Source: Squalus acanthias
Taxonomy: Eukaryota
NCBI GenBank assembly: GCA_030390025.1
Contig: JASTWF010000138.1
Coordinates: 558,001 to 622,000 of the forward strand
Length of the DNA stretch: 64,000 nucleotides
Direction: 5' to 3'
The notes below the pieces were generated by a model. It saw nothing but the letters and a program-made list of their open reading frames with translations. It was not told the origin of the DNA and did not search any database. Positions 59,700 to 64,000 of the stretch are shown one piece after another. Position 1 is the stretch's first letter, and each line of letters begins with the position of its first letter. The position numbers and the translations under genes are program-made.

Positions 59700-62463
59700 A
59701 GGAGAAAACTGGACCTTTCTGTTGTACCTTCCACCATTTGCACCGATGAGACCTCCGTGGTGGCGGTGTGGCTCTCATCACCAAATCACACCTTAGCCTG
59801 TCCCCCTATTCCTCCAGCAGTTTCTCCTCCTTTGAGCATCTCACCTTATTCCACCCCTCTAACCACTCATTTCAAATTTGTCTTCTCCACCGCCCACCCA
59901 AGTACAATAAAAATGTATCACCAAGATATCTTCACTGCTCTCCTCCCTCGGCCTCTACACCGAATGACTTCTCATCCTCGGTGATTTCAACCTCCATCTC
60001 AATTCATCATGCTATCTCTGCTCTAATTTCACTAGCCTCCTTCCTCCCTTAATCTCTCCCTCCATGTAAACTCTCCAACCCATATTCACGGCCACCACCT
60101 TGAATTTGCCATCTCTCGTGGACTCGCCACTCCCATCATGTCAATTGCAGATGAGGCCATCTATGACCACTTCCTCGTATCATTCTCCACCCACATTCCC
60201 CTTCCACCCGCCCCTCCCCCCGCCGCCACCCAACCCTACTTCCTTCTGTGTCCGCCCCTGGAAAAAACTCTCTCCCATCTCTCTTGCAAATGCATTTATG
60301 CAATCCCAACTGTCCAGCCTTCGGCCCTCCATTCACCAGACATTTCTGCAGTTACTGATCTGCTCAACCATACCCTCACCACCACCTTTGATGCCCTAGT
60401 CCCTACTAAAACAGTTACTCTCTCTCACCCTGGCCCTCATCTTCGCTCCCTTAAGTCCAAGGGATGCAGACTTGAACGGTTATGGTGGACAACTGGTTTT
60501 GCCATTCACAGAGAGATCTGGCTGGACCACAAAAAGCATTATCGGGTCCTGCTGTCGTCATGGCCAAATTGCTCACTATTCCAGAATCATTCTGGAATGC
60601 AAAGATAAACCCCGGCTCCTATTCTCTACTGCTAACCGTCTTCTTAAACCCCTCTCCCCTGTTTCCTCCACCCTCACCTCCGACAACAAATGTGAGGAGC
60701 TCAGGGACTTCTTTGTCTCTAAGATTAAGCCCATCCGTTCAGCTGCCTCTGCCACTTCCCTTCCTTCCCCTAGCCCACTGGGCCAAACTTCCTCTAAGGT
60801 TCCCCCCTGCCCTAGCCCTGCACTCACATCTTTCTCCAGTTTCTCTCCGATCTCCCCTCATGACCTCTCTGCGCTCATCTTGTCCATGAGACCCACTTCC
60901 TGCTCCCTCGACACTATTCCCACCAAACTGCTGACCACCCAACTTCCTTTTCTGGCTCCCATGTTAGCTGACATTGTTAACGGTTCTCTCTCCTCAGGTA
61001 CTGTCGCCCTCTCCCTGAAATCTGCCGTCATCACCCCTCTCCTCAAAAAAACCCTAACTCCTCCGTCCTTGCAAACTACCGCCCTATCTCCAACCTCCCT
61101 TTCCTCTCCAAAGTCCTTGAACGTGTTGTCGCCTCTCAAATCCGTGCCCATCTTTCCCGCAATTCCATGTTTGAATCCCTCCAATCAGGTTTCCGCCGCT
61201 GCCACAGTACCGAAACGGCTCTCATCAAATTCACAAATGACATCCTTTGTGACTGTGACAAAGGTAAACTATCCCTCCTCGTCCTTCTTGACTTGTCTGC
61301 AGCCTTTGACACGGTTGACAATCCATCCTTCTCCAACGCCTCTCCACCGTCGTCCAAGTGGGTGGGACTGCACCCGCCTGGTTCCATTCTTTTCTATCTA
61401 ATCGTAGCCAGAGAATCACCTGCAATGGCTTCTCTTCCCGCACCCGCATCGTTACCTCTGGTGTCCCCCAAGGATCTATCCTTGGCCGCCTCCTATTTCT
61501 CATCTACATGCTCCCCCTTGGCGACATCAGCCGAAAACACACCGTCAATTCCCACATGTACGCTGACGACACCCAGCTCTACCTCACTACCTCTTCTCTC
61601 GACCCCTCCACAGTCTCTAAATTGTCAGACTGCTTCTCCGACATACAGTTCTGGATGAGCAGAAATTTTCCCCAATTAAATATTGGGAAGACCGAAGCCA
61701 TTGTTTTCAGTCCCCGCCACAAACTCCGTTCCCTAGCCACTAATTATCCCTCTCCCTAACATCTGTCTGAGGCAGAACCACACTGTTCGCAACCTTGGTG
61801 TCATATTTGACCCTGAAATGAGCTTCCGACCACATCCGCAGCATAACTAAGACCGCCTATTTCCACCTCCGTAACATCGGCCGTCTCCGCCCTTGCCTCA
61901 GCTTATCCGCTGCTGAAACCCTCATCCATGCCTATGTTACCTCCAGTTTTGACTATTACAATGCACTCCTGGCTGACCGCCCACATTATACCCTAAGTAA
62001 ACTTGAGGTGATCGAAAACTCGGTTGCCCATGTCCTAACTCGCACCAAGTCCCGTTCACCCATCACCCCTGTGCTCGCTGACCTACATTGGCTCCCAGTT
62101 AAGCAACGCCTCGATTTCAAAATTCTCATCCTGAAGGAGATTACAGAGATAGGGACGGTCGAGGCCAAATCCCTCCATGACTTCGACTATCCATATCTGT
62201 GTAATCTCATTCAGCCCCACAACAACCACCTCCCCCCGCCCCCGAGATAAATTCCCTACCTAAACCTCTCTGCCTCGCTACCTCTCCTTCCTCCTTTAAG
62301 ACGCTCCTTAAAACCTACATCTTTGACCAAGCTTATAGTTACCTGCCCCAATATCTCCTTATGTGGCTCAGTGTCAAATTGTTTGTCTTTAATACTCCTG
62401 TGAAGTGCCTTGGGACGTTTTACTACGCTAAAGGCGCTATATAAATACAAGTTGTTGTTGTTG
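59700..62463 (+). mobile_element. L2-clade LINE (endonuclease to RT, degenerate)
   Basis: LLILGDFN-like remnant, LLDLSAAFDTVD, GVPQGSILG, HMYADDTQLY; (GTT)n tail at 62451-62463. Confidence 0.9.
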
Positions 62464-63395
62464 TGGCTTTAAACAGATGAAACCATGTGGTGTGGAGCAA
62501 ACATTGCAACATTTGGTAGTGAAATGGATTGATTCAGGACAGACAGCAGGGATTATTTCAGGAAAAGCACAGTGTGGTGAGAAAGGAAATACAGTGGATG
62601 TTGTGTAGAAGGATTGTCAAAAGGTGTTTGATAAGGTGCCGGACAGGAGGTTTGTTCATCAAACTAAGGCTCATGGTATTAAAGGGAGTGGGTCAGCGTG
62701 GTTAGGAAGTGGGGTAAAAGGGCAGAAAACAGAGAGTTCTGAATAATGGATGTTCTTCAGACTGGAAGGATGTAAACAGCGGTGTCCCCCAGGGTCAGTG
62801 TTAGGACCATTGCTCTTCTCAATATAGAGACATAATCTGGGCTTGGGTATATGGGGCAAGATAAAAATATCTAGATGACACCAAAAAGGGACTATGGCCA
62901 AGTGTGAAAGGCCTGTCAGTGACTTCAGTGTGAATACACAAATTAGTAAATTGGACAGGGAGATGGCAGATGAAATGTAACGCTGAGAAATGTGAGGTGA
63001 TAGATTTAGGAGGAAGAAAACTGTAGGAAATGTGCATGAAATGGTAAAACTTTGAAAGGAGTAGAGGAGCAGAGAGGCTTAGGCATGTAACATTCTAGCT
63101 CACACCTTGGCCGGAATTTTACCGGCGCTCAGATTGCGGGTTTGGAGGCGGGTCAGCTGTCAAAATCAGAAAGCTTGAAAGCGGGTCGGTGTCCCGCTCT
63201 GAACCGCCTCCTTGTCAGTTTCCCAAGTGTCGGGTCTGTCATCCCTGAACAGACCCGACACCAAGCGGCGGGTCAGCCAATTTAGATACTTAAAAGCTTG
63301 TTAAAAGGCAGTTAAGAACCATTTTCCAATGTACTTACCATTTTGCCAGGTTTTTAATGAGGTTCCCGGAGAGCGGCTATCAAGTCAGGTAAGTA

Positions 63396-64000
63396 TTGAA
63401 CAACTTCTCCTTTGACTCTACCCATTTCCTCCAAATTAAAGGTGTTGCTATGGGTACCCGCATGGGTCCTAGCTATGCCTGCCTTTTCGTGGGATATGTG
63501 GAACACTCTTTGTTCCAGTCCTACTCGGGTCCCCTCCCTCACCTCTTTTTCCGGTACATTGATGACTGTATCGGTGCCGTCTCCTGCTCTCGCCCTGAAC
63601 TAGAACATTTCATTCACTATTCTTCCAATTTCCACCCTTCCCTCACCTTCACATGGTCCATCTCTGACTCTTCCCTTCCCTTCCTCGACTTCTCCATCTC
63701 CATCTCTTGGGATAGGTTATTGACTAACATTCACTACAAGCCCACTGACTCCCACAGCTACCTGGACTACACTTCCTCCCACCCCGCCTCCTGTAAGGAC
63801 TCTATTCCATTCTCCCAGTTTCTCCATCTCCGCCGCATCTGCTCTGATGATGCCACCTTCCATACCAGTGCTTCCGACATGTCTTCCTTTTTCCTCAACC
63901 GAGGATTCCCCTCTACCGTGGTCGACACGGGCCTCGACCGTGTCCGTTCTATCTCCCGCACTTCTGCCCTCACCCCTGCCCCTCCCTCCCGGAACCACGA
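63396..64000 (+). mobile_element. Penelope-like element RT fragment, running off the window
   Basis: Open frame LNNFSFDSTHFLQIKGVAMGTRMGPSYACLF...FFRYIDDC...LPFLDF...YKPTDSHSYLDYTSSHP...SIPFSQFLHLRRICS. Confidence 0.85.

Overview
Vertebrate genomic DNA, almost certainly from a cartilaginous fish (shark), covering part of an antigen-receptor region in a dense background of CR1, L2, RTE and Penelope-like retroelements, Harbinger-type MITEs and minisatellites. The + strand carries the 3' half of an IgM heavy-chain constant gene: CH3 1410-1718, CH4 3559-3888 plus secretory tail, TM1 10400-10524 and TM2 10664-10672. The membrane form is intact. The secretory tailpiece is cut by an in-frame TAA that removes the penultimate Cys. 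From about 13 kb downstream of TM2, all on the - strand and facing back toward the IgM gene, lies an array of T-cell-receptor-type V segments with 22/23-spacer RSSs. It includes a frameshifted NAR-TCR-type V, a 12/12-RSS D segment from a duplicated cassette, a second D-like remnant, a leaderless V resembling a NAR-TCR supporting V-delta, one fully intact alpha/delta-type V (42914-43349) and three damaged or leaderless Vs. No J segment or TCR constant exon could be identified. Other notable items are a palindromic insertion with hammerhead-ribozyme motifs on both strands, a transposon end inside an RSS heptamer, a 4.5-kb minisatellite and a ~500-bp-arm foldback in the secretory-to-TM intron, and a 217-N assembly gap. 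Family assignments come from my recall of shark sequences, not from a database search.
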